Assembly (NCBI RefSeq): GCF_000734015.1
Contig: NZ_CP008796.1
Coordinates: 1,380,001-1,412,000, forward strand
DNA from: Thermodesulfobacterium commune DSM 2178
GTDB taxonomy: Bacteria > Desulfobacterota > Thermodesulfobacteria > Thermodesulfobacteriales > Thermodesulfobacteriaceae
Reading direction: 5' to 3'
Length of the DNA stretch: 32,000 nt
The translations under genes and the position numbers were made by a program. Below are positions 18,185-26,151 of the stretch, piece after piece. The notes beneath the pieces were generated by a model. The model saw only the letters and a program-made list of their open reading frames with translations. It made no database searches and was not told where the DNA came from. Position 1 is the first letter of the stretch. Every line of letters begins with the position of its first letter.

Positions 18185-20502
18185 ACCTCTAAACTTACCA
18201 CCTCCGTACCCCAGGGAAGGTCAAATACCCAAAATCCCTTAGCAAGTAATTTTTCTCTTATCTGGTCTGCTTCTGCAAAATTTCCTTCTTTTCTGGCTTC
18301 ATCTCTTAACCGCACCAACCTAAGTACTTCCTCATCCATCACTTTTTTAGGAAACCTTAAAACCTTTAACACCTTGTTAAGAGTTTGAAGATTTTCAAAC
18401 ACCTTTTCTTTAAACTCAACACTAATACCTTGCTTTAGATAGGGATAGAGTTTTTTCAAAAAAGAGATAAGTTCTGAGATAACCATAGGGGTGTTTAAAT
18501 CCTCTTTTAAGGCCTTTTCCCAACTTTGGCCAAAATTTTCTAAAATAGACCAAGTAGAGGGATCTTCTTTGTCCTTTCTTGCAGAAGCCTCTACCAAACA
18601 AAGATGCTGGTCAATCTTTTGCAGTATTTTTGCACTTTCCTCAAGTCCTTTCCAACTAAAATTAAAGGGATTTCGGTAATGGGTTCTTAAGAAGTAAAAC
18701 CTTAGTTCTCTTCCGTTAAATCCTTTTGCCTTAATGTCTTCGACAGTAATCCTATTTTCTGAAGAAAGCTTTTTCCCCTGATAAAAAACTATCCCGGTGT
18801 GAAGCCAGTAACGAGCAACTTCCTTTCCTGTAATTGCCTTTAAAACCGCCCTGGTGTTTTCATGATGAGGGAAAAGAAGGTCTATTCCACTTGTAAAGAA
18901 ATCTATCTCCTCTCCTAAATATTTGAGGATTAAAGCAGCACAGTGGATATGCCAGGTAGGTCTGACTTTACCGATGTGTGTGTCTACAAAATATCCTTCT
19001 TTTAACTCAAGAATATGCACTCTTTTAAGTAAGGCAAAGTCAAAGGGTTCTTCTTTATCATATTCTTCAACGTCTATGGTCGCTCCAGGTTTTAAACGAG
19101 AAAGATCAACCTTAGAAAGCTTCCCGTAATCCTCAAGCCTGGAAATATCAAAATAAACACTCCCATATTTTACGTAAGCTTTATCTTTCTCAACCACCTT
19201 GAAAGCCAGGTCAGCCATTTCTGAAAGATGTTGGCTTACTTTAGGATAAAGGTCTGCCTTGCTAAGGTTTAAAAACTCAACGTCTTGATAAAACTCCTCC
19301 TCTACTTTTCTGGTTATCTCCTGTAAGAGTTTTTTTTCTTCTAAAGCTCTTTTTATGGTCTTATCATCAAAATCGGTAAGATTAATCAGATGTTTCACTT
19401 GATAACCTTTAATCCTCAAATACTCTTTTAGCACGTCTGCGGTAATAAGTCTTCTATAAAGTCCGATGTGAGGACGAAGATTTAAAGTAGGACCGCAGGT
19501 ATATATCCTAATCTCAGAAGAACTTAGAGGAAAAAAGGGTTCTCTTTTTTCAGAAAGGGTATTAAAAACGATAAGATTTGTCTCTTCTCTTTTTTTGTCT
19601 TTTACCTCAAAAGACCAAAGAGGGGTAGAAAGATAACGCTCTCCCCCATCTGGGAAAATAACCACTATCAAACCTTGGTCTAAAGTTTCTGCCAGCTTTA
19701 AAGCTCCTGCCAAAGCTGCCCCTGAACTTATTCCGACAAAGATTCCTTCTTCCCGAGCAAGCCATCTTGCCCAGTAAAAAGCCTCTTCATCTTCTACGTT
19801 GATTACTCTCTCAAGGAGTTTTTTATTATAAATACTCGGAGGATAAGACTCTTTCATGTTCTTTAAGCCTTGGATTTTATGCTTTGGATAAGGTTCGATC
19901 CCTACTACTTTAAAAGGTAGATTGTGGTCTTTGGCAAATCGAGCTATTCCCATGGCTGTTCCTGTAGTTCCAAGACCACATACCACATGGGTGACCTTGC
20001 CTTCAGTGTCTCTCCAGATCTCTGGGCCTGTAGTATGATAGTGACTTTTCCAGTTAGCCTCGTTGTTAAACTGGTCTGGGCAAAAATATTTGTCAGGGTC
20101 TTTCCTCAAAAGTTCATATACTGCCTCCATAGCTCCGTCAGTACCTTTTTCTGCGGGAGTAAGAAGGATCTGAGCCCCAAAGGCCTGCATGATTTTTCTT
20201 CTTTCTATAGAGGCTGATTCAGACATAGCAATCATACATCTGTACCCTTTAACCGCGCAAACTAAAGAAAGGCCTATTCCTGTGTTTCCGCTTGATGCCT
20301 CTATGACTATCTTATCTTTAGTAAGAAGTCCTTTTTTCTCTGCATCTTCTATCATAAAAAGGGCAGGACGATCCTTAATAGATCCTCCTGGGTTTTGACT
20401 TTCGATTTTTCCCCAAATTTCCACCGAAGGCTTGACTTTTAGCTTGGATAGTTTAATTATTGGGGTATTACCTATTTTTTGCAAAACATTATGAAAGCGC
20501 AT
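18181..20502 (-). CDS. Fusion protein: N-terminal PLP-dependent cysteine synthase (CysK/CysM-like, aa 1-~296) and C-terminal full-length cysteinyl-tRNA synthetase homologue (aa ~308-773) with non-canonical HIGH/KMSKS motifs
   Basis: The CysK part has IGNTPIIKL, GGSIKDR (PLP Lys), SSGNTGIGLS and GISSGAA. The CysRS part has IYTCGPT..PHIGLYRR, NLTDFDDKTIKRA, PTWHIHCAA, LFPHHEN, ARYWLHTG..GKKLSSEN, and the C-terminal RDEARKEGNFAEADQIREKL. It is one uninterrupted 773-codon ORF. The SD GAGGGG lies 8 nt before the ATG at 20502. Confidence 0.85.
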   Translation of the reverse strand: MRFHNVLQKIGNTPIIKLSKLKVKPSVEIWGKIESQNPGGSIKDRPALFMIEDAEKKGLLTKDKIVIEASSGNTGIGLSLVCAVKGYRCMIAMSESASIERRKIMQAFGAQILLTPAEKGTDGAMEAVYELLRKDPDKYFCPDQFNNEANWKSHYHTTGPEIWRDTEGKVTHVVCGLGTTGTAMGIARFAKDHNLPFKVVGIEPYPKHKIQGLKNMKESYPPSIYNKKLLERVINVEDEEAFYWARWLAREEGIFVGISSGAALAGALKLAETLDQGLIVVIFPDGGERYLSTPLWSFEVKDKKREETNLIVFNTLSEKREPFFPLSSSEIRIYTCGPTLNLRPHIGLYRRLITADVLKEYLRIKGYQVKHLINLTDFDDKTIKRALEEKKLLQEITRKVEEEFYQDVEFLNLSKADLYPKVSQHLSEMADLAFKVVEKDKAYVKYGSVYFDISRLEDYGKLSKVDLSRLKPGATIDVEEYDKEEPFDFALLKRVHILELKEGYFVDTHIGKVRPTWHIHCAALILKYLGEEIDFFTSGIDLLFPHHENTRAVLKAITGKEVARYWLHTGIVFYQGKKLSSENRITVEDIKAKGFNGRELRFYFLRTHYRNPFNFSWKGLEESAKILQKIDQHLCLVEASARKDKEDPSTWSILENFGQSWEKALKEDLNTPMVISELISFLKKLYPYLKQGISVEFKEKVFENLQTLNKVLKVLRFPKKVMDEEVLRLVRLRDEARKEGNFAEADQIREKLLAKGFWVFDLPWGTEVVSLEV
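20432..20460 (+). promoter_or_regulatory. Candidate sigma70-type promoter for the L,D-transpeptidase gene, located inside the cysK-cysS coding region
   Basis: TTGACT (20432-20437), a 17 nt spacer, then AATTAT (20455-20460). I see no SD before the ATG at 20491. Confidence 0.3.
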
Positions 20503-21420
20503 AAATTTTTCCCCTCAACATTAATTTTTTTATTTTACCTCTTATTATCATCTTTCCAAGCTTTGGCCGCCTCTCTTTTACAGTCTATCCCTATAATTCC
20601 TGACAAACATATTTATCTTAAAAATCAGACCTATACCATAAAGGAAGGTGACACCTTAGTTGATTTAGCGGTGACCTTTGAAGTAGGATATCAACATCTG
20701 GTACTCGCAAACCCTGGGGTTGACCCTTGGCTTCCTAAAACCAACCAGACCATAATCATTCCTTATCAGGTCTTAGTCCCTCAAGAATTTATTCTCAAAT
20801 CTCAAGAACCTTACATCTTAGTAAACCTTCCAGAGATGCGACTATATTTTTTTAATCCACCTTTTATGTTCATAGCTCCCATAGGTATTGGAGACGAGGG
20901 AAAACTCCCTCCTTTAGACATCTACTTTATCAAAAGAAAAAAAGAAAAACCATACTGGTATCCTCCTCCCTCTATCAAAGCTGAGGACCCAGATCTTCCT
21001 GATGTAGTACCTCCTGGACCTGAAAACCCCATGGGAGAATACGCCCTTTATTTATCAAAAGGACTTTATGCCATCCACGGAACCAACAAAATCTACAGCA
21101 TCGGTCGAAGAAGCACCCATGGGTGCATTAGGATGTATCCTCAACATATCAAATTCTTATACGAAACCGTACCTATAGGTACCAAAGTTTTTATAGTTTA
21201 TGAACCTTATAAAATCGCCGTAGAAAAAAACAAAATCTATCTTCAAGCCTTTCCTGACATAGAAAATAAAATCAAAAACCCTCTGGTTTATATCTTAAAA
21301 AAGCTAGACCAACTCTTAGGTGAAAAAGACTACAAGATAGACCTTTTAAAACTTGAAAAACAGTTTGAAAACCCTGACGGACTTGTCCATCAAATAGGAG
21401 AGGTTAAAATCTCTAAGTAG
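20491..21420 (+). CDS. Secreted L,D-transpeptidase with an N-terminal LysM domain (YkuD family)
   Basis: A signal peptide (MKAHKFFPSTLIFLFYLLLSSFQALA) is present. A LysM-like segment reads YTIKEGDTLVDLAVTFEVGYQHLVLANPGVD. The YkuD catalytic motif is HGTNKIYSIGRRSTHGCIRM. I prefer the ATG at 20491 over the TTG at 20479. Confidence 0.88.
   Translation: MKAHKFFPSTLIFLFYLLLSSFQALAASLLQSIPIIPDKHIYLKNQTYTIKEGDTLVDLAVTFEVGYQHLVLANPGVDPWLPKTNQTIIIPYQVLVPQEFILKSQEPYILVNLPEMRLYFFNPPFMFIAPIGIGDEGKLPPLDIYFIKRKKEKPYWYPPPSIKAEDPDLPDVVPPGPENPMGEYALYLSKGLYAIHGTNKIYSIGRRSTHGCIRMYPQHIKFLYETVPIGTKVFIVYEPYKIAVEKNKIYLQAFPDIENKIKNPLVYILKKLDQLLGEKDYKIDLLKLEKQFENPDGLVHQIGEVKISK
20532..20559 (-). promoter_or_regulatory. 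Candidate sigma70-type promoter for the cysK-cysS fusion operon, located inside the ldt coding region
   Basis: On the minus strand: TTGGAA (20559-20554), a 16 nt spacer, then TAAAAT (20537-20532). This predicts a TSS near 20525 and a ~23-nt leader containing GAGGGG. Confidence 0.35.
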
Positions 21421-21437
21421 CTTAATCTGTAGTACAA

Positions 21438-22331
21438 CTAAAATCTCTTTCTTTTAGAAACCAACAAAAAAGTTAAAGCCCTCTCCTCTATCTCTTCTAC
21501 CAGACCAGAGGCATAAAGACTTTTTAAAGCTTCTATGTGTAACCTGTGGTGAGAAGAGATTGCCTCTACCTCAGCGACCAAACATCCTCCTAAACCAAAC
21601 AAATCTCCTACAAGGTCAAGTACCTTATGTCTCACAAACTCGTCTTGACTTCTCAGCCCTTCTGGATTTAGTACCTTTTCTCTATCAAGAATGATAGCCG
21701 TTGAAAGATCTCCCCCTTTTAAGATGCCTTTCTTGATTCGCTCTAACAAAATGTCTTTAAAACCAAAAGTCCTAGCAAAACAAACCTCTCTGATATAATT
21801 GTTAGGATTGATTTCCAGTGAAATTTCTTGGTTTCCTATCACAGGATGGTCAAAAGAAATAGACGCTTTAATCTTCAAGGTGTCCGAAGGTTTAAACACG
21901 ATAGTTCCATGCCCGTTTTTATAACTAAAAGTCTTTTTTATTCTAAACTTCTTTTTAGGATAGAACAGATATTGGTATCCCTTCTTTTGGATTTGTCTTA
22001 CCCAAGGATAGGCTGAACCGTCTAAAAGAGGAACCTCCTCCCCATATACCCTGATAATGGCGTTATCTATCTGTAATCCGTGTAAGGCAGATAAAAGATG
22101 TTCCACTAAATAGATAATATGAGTTCCATCGGTAATCGCTGTAGCACCCTCAAGACCAAATATATTCTCTACTTTTAATGGAATCTCTGGTTTTTCAGGT
22201 AAATCTTCTCTGACAAAAATAATTCCTGTATCTATCCCTGCAGGTTCTATTTCCACCTTTATGGTCTTTCCTGTAAAAATACCCTGACCTTCTAAACTAA
22301 CCTTTCCTGATAAGGTCTTTTGATATTGCAT
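21438..22331 (-). CDS. lpxC: UDP-3-O-acyl-N-acetylglucosamine deacetylase
   Basis: The N-terminus QKTLSGKVSLEGQGIFTGKTIKVEIEPAGIDTGIIFVR, the motif VEHLLSALHGLQIDN and the C-terminal HKVLDLVGDL are LpxC hallmarks. Confidence 0.92.
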   Translation of the reverse strand: MQYQKTLSGKVSLEGQGIFTGKTIKVEIEPAGIDTGIIFVREDLPEKPEIPLKVENIFGLEGATAITDGTHIIYLVEHLLSALHGLQIDNAIIRVYGEEVPLLDGSAYPWVRQIQKKGYQYLFYPKKKFRIKKTFSYKNGHGTIVFKPSDTLKIKASISFDHPVIGNQEISLEINPNNYIREVCFARTFGFKDILLERIKKGILKGGDLSTAIILDREKVLNPEGLRSQDEFVRHKVLDLVGDLFGLGGCLVAEVEAISSHHRLHIEALKSLYASGLVEEIEERALTFLLVSKRKRF

Positions 22332-22369
22332 TAAACCTCCCCAAACTTAAGATACCTAAATATTTTCTA

Positions 22370-22472
22370 ACAAAAAACATGCCTAAAATTTCTAAGAAGT
22401 TTTTAGGTTTTAGGGATAAATAAGGAAAAAATGTGATAAAAATTTTTAACACCTGTGTAAAAAACTACACAG
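22370..22472 (-). terminator. Two weak hairpins downstream of pyrC (possible intrinsic terminators)
   Basis: On the minus strand, CTGTGTA-GTTTTT-TACACAG (22472-22453) overlaps the pyrC stop. CCTAAAA-12 nt-TTTTAGG (22407-22382) is followed by CATGTTTTTTG. Both stems are AT-rich and 7 bp long, which is marginal for a thermophile. Confidence 0.25.
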
Positions 22473-23760
22473 CCCAATTAAGTTCCCAAATTTTTTCTCC
22501 GATTACAGCTAAAACTGTAATTCCTTTAAGTTCTTTATTTAGAAAAGGAGTATTTTTACTTTTAGACTGAATAATATCAGGTCCTAACACATAAGTTTTA
22601 TTAGGGTCAAAAACGATGAACTCTGCTTTTTTCCCAGGTTTAAGACTTGGGGGTTCAACGTTTATTACCTTAGCTGGGTTGGTTATCAAACATTCTGTTA
22701 GTTTTAAAGGATTCAGCCACCCTTCTTTTACAAGGTTCAAACTCAAAGGAAGCAAGGTTTGAAGTCCTATCATCCCAGGGGGAGCTAAACTAAACTCTAT
22801 TTCCTTTTCTAAAACACTATGAGGAGCATGATCACTGGCAATAACCTGTATCAATCCCTCTTTTAAAGCCTCTTTTATCGCTAAAACATCTTCTTCCTTT
22901 CTTAAAGGTGGGTTAACCTTGGCTAAAGTATTATATCCTTCTACCTCTTTTTCTGTTAAGGAAAAATAATGAGGACAGGTCTCGGCAGTAAAAGGAATGT
23001 CTTCTTCTTTAGCCCATCTTAAAAAAGGAATAACTTCTTTACAAGACAGATGGGCTAAGTGTACCGGCTGTCCGGTTTCTTTAGCCAAGAGTAAATCTCT
23101 TACTACAGCAGCCACCTCTGCAGACCAAGGTATGCCTTTTAGTCCTAACTTGGCTGAAAAAAAGCCTTCGTTTATCTGTCCTCCTTGAGAAAGGGTTGGG
23201 TCTTCGCAATGGGAAATGACCGCAAGATTAAACTGTTTAGCGTAAAGTAAAGCCCTTTTCATTACCTCTGAGTTAGCCACCCACTTTCCGTCGTCAGATA
23301 CCGCTACAATCCCTGCTTCTTTGAGCCTCCCAAACTCTGTAAGTTCTTCCCCTTTTTGACCTTTGGTGATACAACCGATAGGATATACCTTTACGTAACC
23401 TTTTTCTTCAGCCTTTTTAAGGATATAGCTAGTGATTTCTGGGGTATCGTTTGGGGGCACGGTGTTTGGCATGCAAGCAACCCTTAAAACCCCTCCATAA
23501 AGAGCAGCCTTGGTTCCAGTTTCTATGTCCTCTTTCCACTCCTGTCCCGGGTCTCGCAAATGGACATGAATGTCTACCAAACCAGGTAAAACCCACTTCT
23601 CTTCAGCCCAAAAAACCTTTGTATATTGGTCTGAAGGAATATCGTCTGCTATTCCTTTAATAATACCTTCCTCAACCAAGAGATCTCCTATCTGGTCTAT
23701 TCCTTGAGAAGGGTCTATTATCCTTCCCTTTTTAATGAGTAACTTCATAGGTTTTGCCAT
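22465..23760 (-). CDS. pyrC: Dihydroorotase (ATCase-associated type)
   Basis: Motifs VDIHVHLRDPG, SDHAPH and the N-terminal MKLLIKKGRIIDP are present. The start could instead be the ATG at 23748. The gene overlaps the pyrB 3' end. Confidence 0.9.
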   Translation of the reverse strand: MAKPMKLLIKKGRIIDPSQGIDQIGDLLVEEGIIKGIADDIPSDQYTKVFWAEEKWVLPGLVDIHVHLRDPGQEWKEDIETGTKAALYGGVLRVACMPNTVPPNDTPEITSYILKKAEEKGYVKVYPIGCITKGQKGEELTEFGRLKEAGIVAVSDDGKWVANSEVMKRALLYAKQFNLAVISHCEDPTLSQGGQINEGFFSAKLGLKGIPWSAEVAAVVRDLLLAKETGQPVHLAHLSCKEVIPFLRWAKEEDIPFTAETCPHYFSLTEKEVEGYNTLAKVNPPLRKEEDVLAIKEALKEGLIQVIASDHAPHSVLEKEIEFSLAPPGMIGLQTLLPLSLNLVKEGWLNPLKLTECLITNPAKVINVEPPSLKPGKKAEFIVFDPNKTYVLGPDIIQSKSKNTPFLNKELKGITVLAVIGEKIWELNWAV

Positions 23761-24700
23761 CTGTTAAAAGTTTAAGGAGTATTGCCATTCTTATAGCTAC
23801 ACCATTTTCTACCTGATCAAGAATAACTTGAAAAGGATATTGCTCTACTTCTGGAGAAAGCTCAACCCCCCAATTAATCGGACCGGGATGCATAAGAAGG
23901 GCACCTTTTTTTATCAACTCTAACTCTTTAAAGGTCAACCCAAAAAAGGTTTGATATTCTATAAAGCTGGGAATAAGAGGTTTTCCATGCCGTTCTTTTT
24001 GGACTCTTAAAGCAATCACTACGTCTGCATCTCTTATAGCTTCCTTAGGATCATAACAAACTTTAAAACCTCCGGGATAAATTCTGAAATATTCCTCCTC
24101 TAAAGGAGTAGGTAAAAGATACGCGGGACCTGATACATATACCTTGGCTCCCATCTTTTGAAACGCCAGTATGTCTGATTTGGCTACTCGGCTATGTTTT
24201 ATATCCCCTAAAATCGCTACCTTTATGCCTGAAAAATCCCCCAACCTTTCTTTTACCGTAAGAAGGTCTAACAACGCCTGGGTAGGATGTTCATGTGTTC
24301 CATCTCCTGCGTTAACTACCGGAATGTTGATATGTTTGGCGATAAAATGAGGAGCTCCTTCCATCGGATGTCGTATAACTATAAGTTCTGCCCCTATAGC
24401 CTTTAAGTTTTTAACCGTATCAAGCAGACTTTCTCCTTTTTCTATACTTGAACCTTTGGCAGAAAAGGTTAAAGTGTCAGCTGAAAGGGCTTTAGCTGCT
24501 CTATCAAAGGAAAACCTTGTTCGGGTAGAAGGTTCATAAAATAAGAGAACAACCAACCGCCCCCTAAGAGTAGGTACCTTAGGAATAGGTCTTTTTAAAA
24601 CCTCTTTAAGTGCTTCCCCAAGTTCTAAAAAACTATTTATTTCTTCTGAAGAAAGAGAAGCAATATCTAAAACATGCTGAGGTTTAGAGGTTAAATCCAT
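23732..24700 (-). CDS. pyrB: Aspartate carbamoyltransferase catalytic subunit
   Basis: The carbamoyl-phosphate-binding motif STRTRFSF is present, together with HPTQALLD and HPGPINWG. Confidence 0.93.
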   Translation of the reverse strand: MDLTSKPQHVLDIASLSSEEINSFLELGEALKEVLKRPIPKVPTLRGRLVVLLFYEPSTRTRFSFDRAAKALSADTLTFSAKGSSIEKGESLLDTVKNLKAIGAELIVIRHPMEGAPHFIAKHINIPVVNAGDGTHEHPTQALLDLLTVKERLGDFSGIKVAILGDIKHSRVAKSDILAFQKMGAKVYVSGPAYLLPTPLEEEYFRIYPGGFKVCYDPKEAIRDADVVIALRVQKERHGKPLIPSFIEYQTFFGLTFKELELIKKGALLMHPGPINWGVELSPEVEQYPFQVILDQVENGVAIRMAILLKLLTDGKTYEVTH

Positions 24701-25371
24701 AAGTATTCCTTTATGTATTCTAAAGTCTCTTCTGGAGTTTCTACTATCCTAAAAAGCTCGATGTCCTTAGGAGAGATTTTATTATTCATAAGCAGATAAT
24801 CTTTAAACCAATTTTGGAGAGGAGTCCAGAAGTCTTTCCCTACCAAAGCTATAGGTACAGGTTTTATCTTTTTAGTCTGAACTAAAGTCAATACCTCAAA
24901 CATCTCATCTAAGGTACCGAAACCACCAGGGAAAAACACAAAGGCTACTGAATATTTTGCCATCATTACTTTTCTGACAAAAAAATATCTAAACTCCAGT
25001 TTTATATTAGCATAAGGGTTCGGAGCCTGCTCAAAAGGAAGTTTAATGTTTAGCCCAACAGAGTATCCGTTAGCCTCGGCTGCCCCTTTATTAGCAGCTT
25101 CCATGATACCTGGACCACCGCCGGTTATCACAGAAAACCCGGATTTTACAAGTAATTTCCCTAACTCTACCGCTTTTTGATAATCTGGATGGTCAGGAGC
25201 AGTTCTGGCAGAACCAAAGATAGTTACCCCAGGATAAACCCGAGGTAACACCTCAAACCCCTCTACAAACTCTGCAAGTATTTTAAAAAGTCGCCATGAC
25301 TCTTTAGCTGCAAGACCTTCAAGAACATACTGTTTTTCTTCAAAAAGTTTTTCATTCATCAATTTTTCCAT
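24691..25371 (-). CDS. LOG-family (TIGR00730) nucleotide phosphoribohydrolase, formerly annotated 'lysine decarboxylase-like'
   Basis: Motifs TGGGPGIMEAANKGA and PGGFGTLDEMFE are present. Confidence 0.85.
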   Translation of the reverse strand: MEKLMNEKLFEEKQYVLEGLAAKESWRLFKILAEFVEGFEVLPRVYPGVTIFGSARTAPDHPDYQKAVELGKLLVKSGFSVITGGGPGIMEAANKGAAEANGYSVGLNIKLPFEQAPNPYANIKLEFRYFFVRKVMMAKYSVAFVFFPGGFGTLDEMFEVLTLVQTKKIKPVPIALVGKDFWTPLQNWFKDYLLMNNKISPKDIELFRIVETPEETLEYIKEYLWI

Positions 25372-25386
25372 CTTAACCTAACCCCT

Positions 25387-26145
25387 TTAAACTCTAAATG
25401 TTTCTTTTAAGGTCTGTAAAGAATTGAATTCAAAAACTAAAAAATAATTAAAAAACCTTTCAGTAAGGCTGTTTAAAATTTTTAAATCTTCAAAGGTTAA
25501 GGCCTTTTTTTCCATAACTTTTTTCAAATCTTCCTTATTCTTAGACATTTTACTAAAAATTTTTAAAACCTCAACTTGTTCTGCTGAAAGTCTGAAATCT
25601 CCTTCTTGCCTGCAGCGATAACAAATTATCCCTCCTTCTTTTACAGAAAAATAAAAAATCCTCTTAGGCTGATAACCACATCTTACGCAAGCCTCTATCT
25701 GAGGGCTCCAACCTAAAAATCCAAGCATTTTCCACTCAAAAAAAAACTTGTGAAATAAGGTTAACTTAGGTTCCCTGTCTAAAAATTTAACCCAGTCTTT
25801 AATAAAATTAAAATATTCTGCCTCTAACCCTTTAAAACTTACCTTAGAAAGAACTTCTCCCATATAAGAGAAAAAAATATACTTTTCTAAGTTACCCCAT
25901 ATACTTTCTGGAATAAAAATAAGGTCTGCCTTTTCTAAAATAGGAAGAGCACCTTTGAGGGTTTTTCTTAAATGAAGGTTTAGTAGATTAAACTCTTCAA
26001 GAAGGTTAACAAACCTTTTTCTACTTTTTTGAGCTCCTTTAGCTATCGCCCAAAGTTTTCCTTTAGGGGTTAAGGTTTCAACCAAAAGATCTATTTCACC
26101 TATCCTTTCCTTAGAAAGGACTATCCCCTCAACAGAAAAGAGCAT
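25387..26145 (-). CDS. recO: DNA repair / recombination mediator protein RecO
   Basis: It has an OB-fold-like N-terminus (GIVLSKERIGEIDLLVETLTPKGKLWAIAKGA) and a zinc motif CVRCG...CYRC, in a ~250 aa protein. Confidence 0.85.
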   Translation of the reverse strand: MLFSVEGIVLSKERIGEIDLLVETLTPKGKLWAIAKGAQKSRKRFVNLLEEFNLLNLHLRKTLKGALPILEKADLIFIPESIWGNLEKYIFFSYMGEVLSKVSFKGLEAEYFNFIKDWVKFLDREPKLTLFHKFFFEWKMLGFLGWSPQIEACVRCGYQPKRIFYFSVKEGGIICYRCRQEGDFRLSAEQVEVLKIFSKMSKNKEDLKKVMEKKALTFEDLKILNSLTERFFNYFLVFEFNSLQTLKETFRV

Positions 26146-26151
26146 CTGATT

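Noticed and set aside
3223-20502. Longest-ORF start codons at 3223, 3645, 6490, 6954, 9337, 13893 and 20479
   Set aside because: Each extension overlaps the upstream gene and adds no conserved sequence. Each has an internal start (3250, 3651, 6526, 6972, 9385, 13830, 20491) with a proper SD, or a canonical protein N-terminus, or both. The choices remain predictions.
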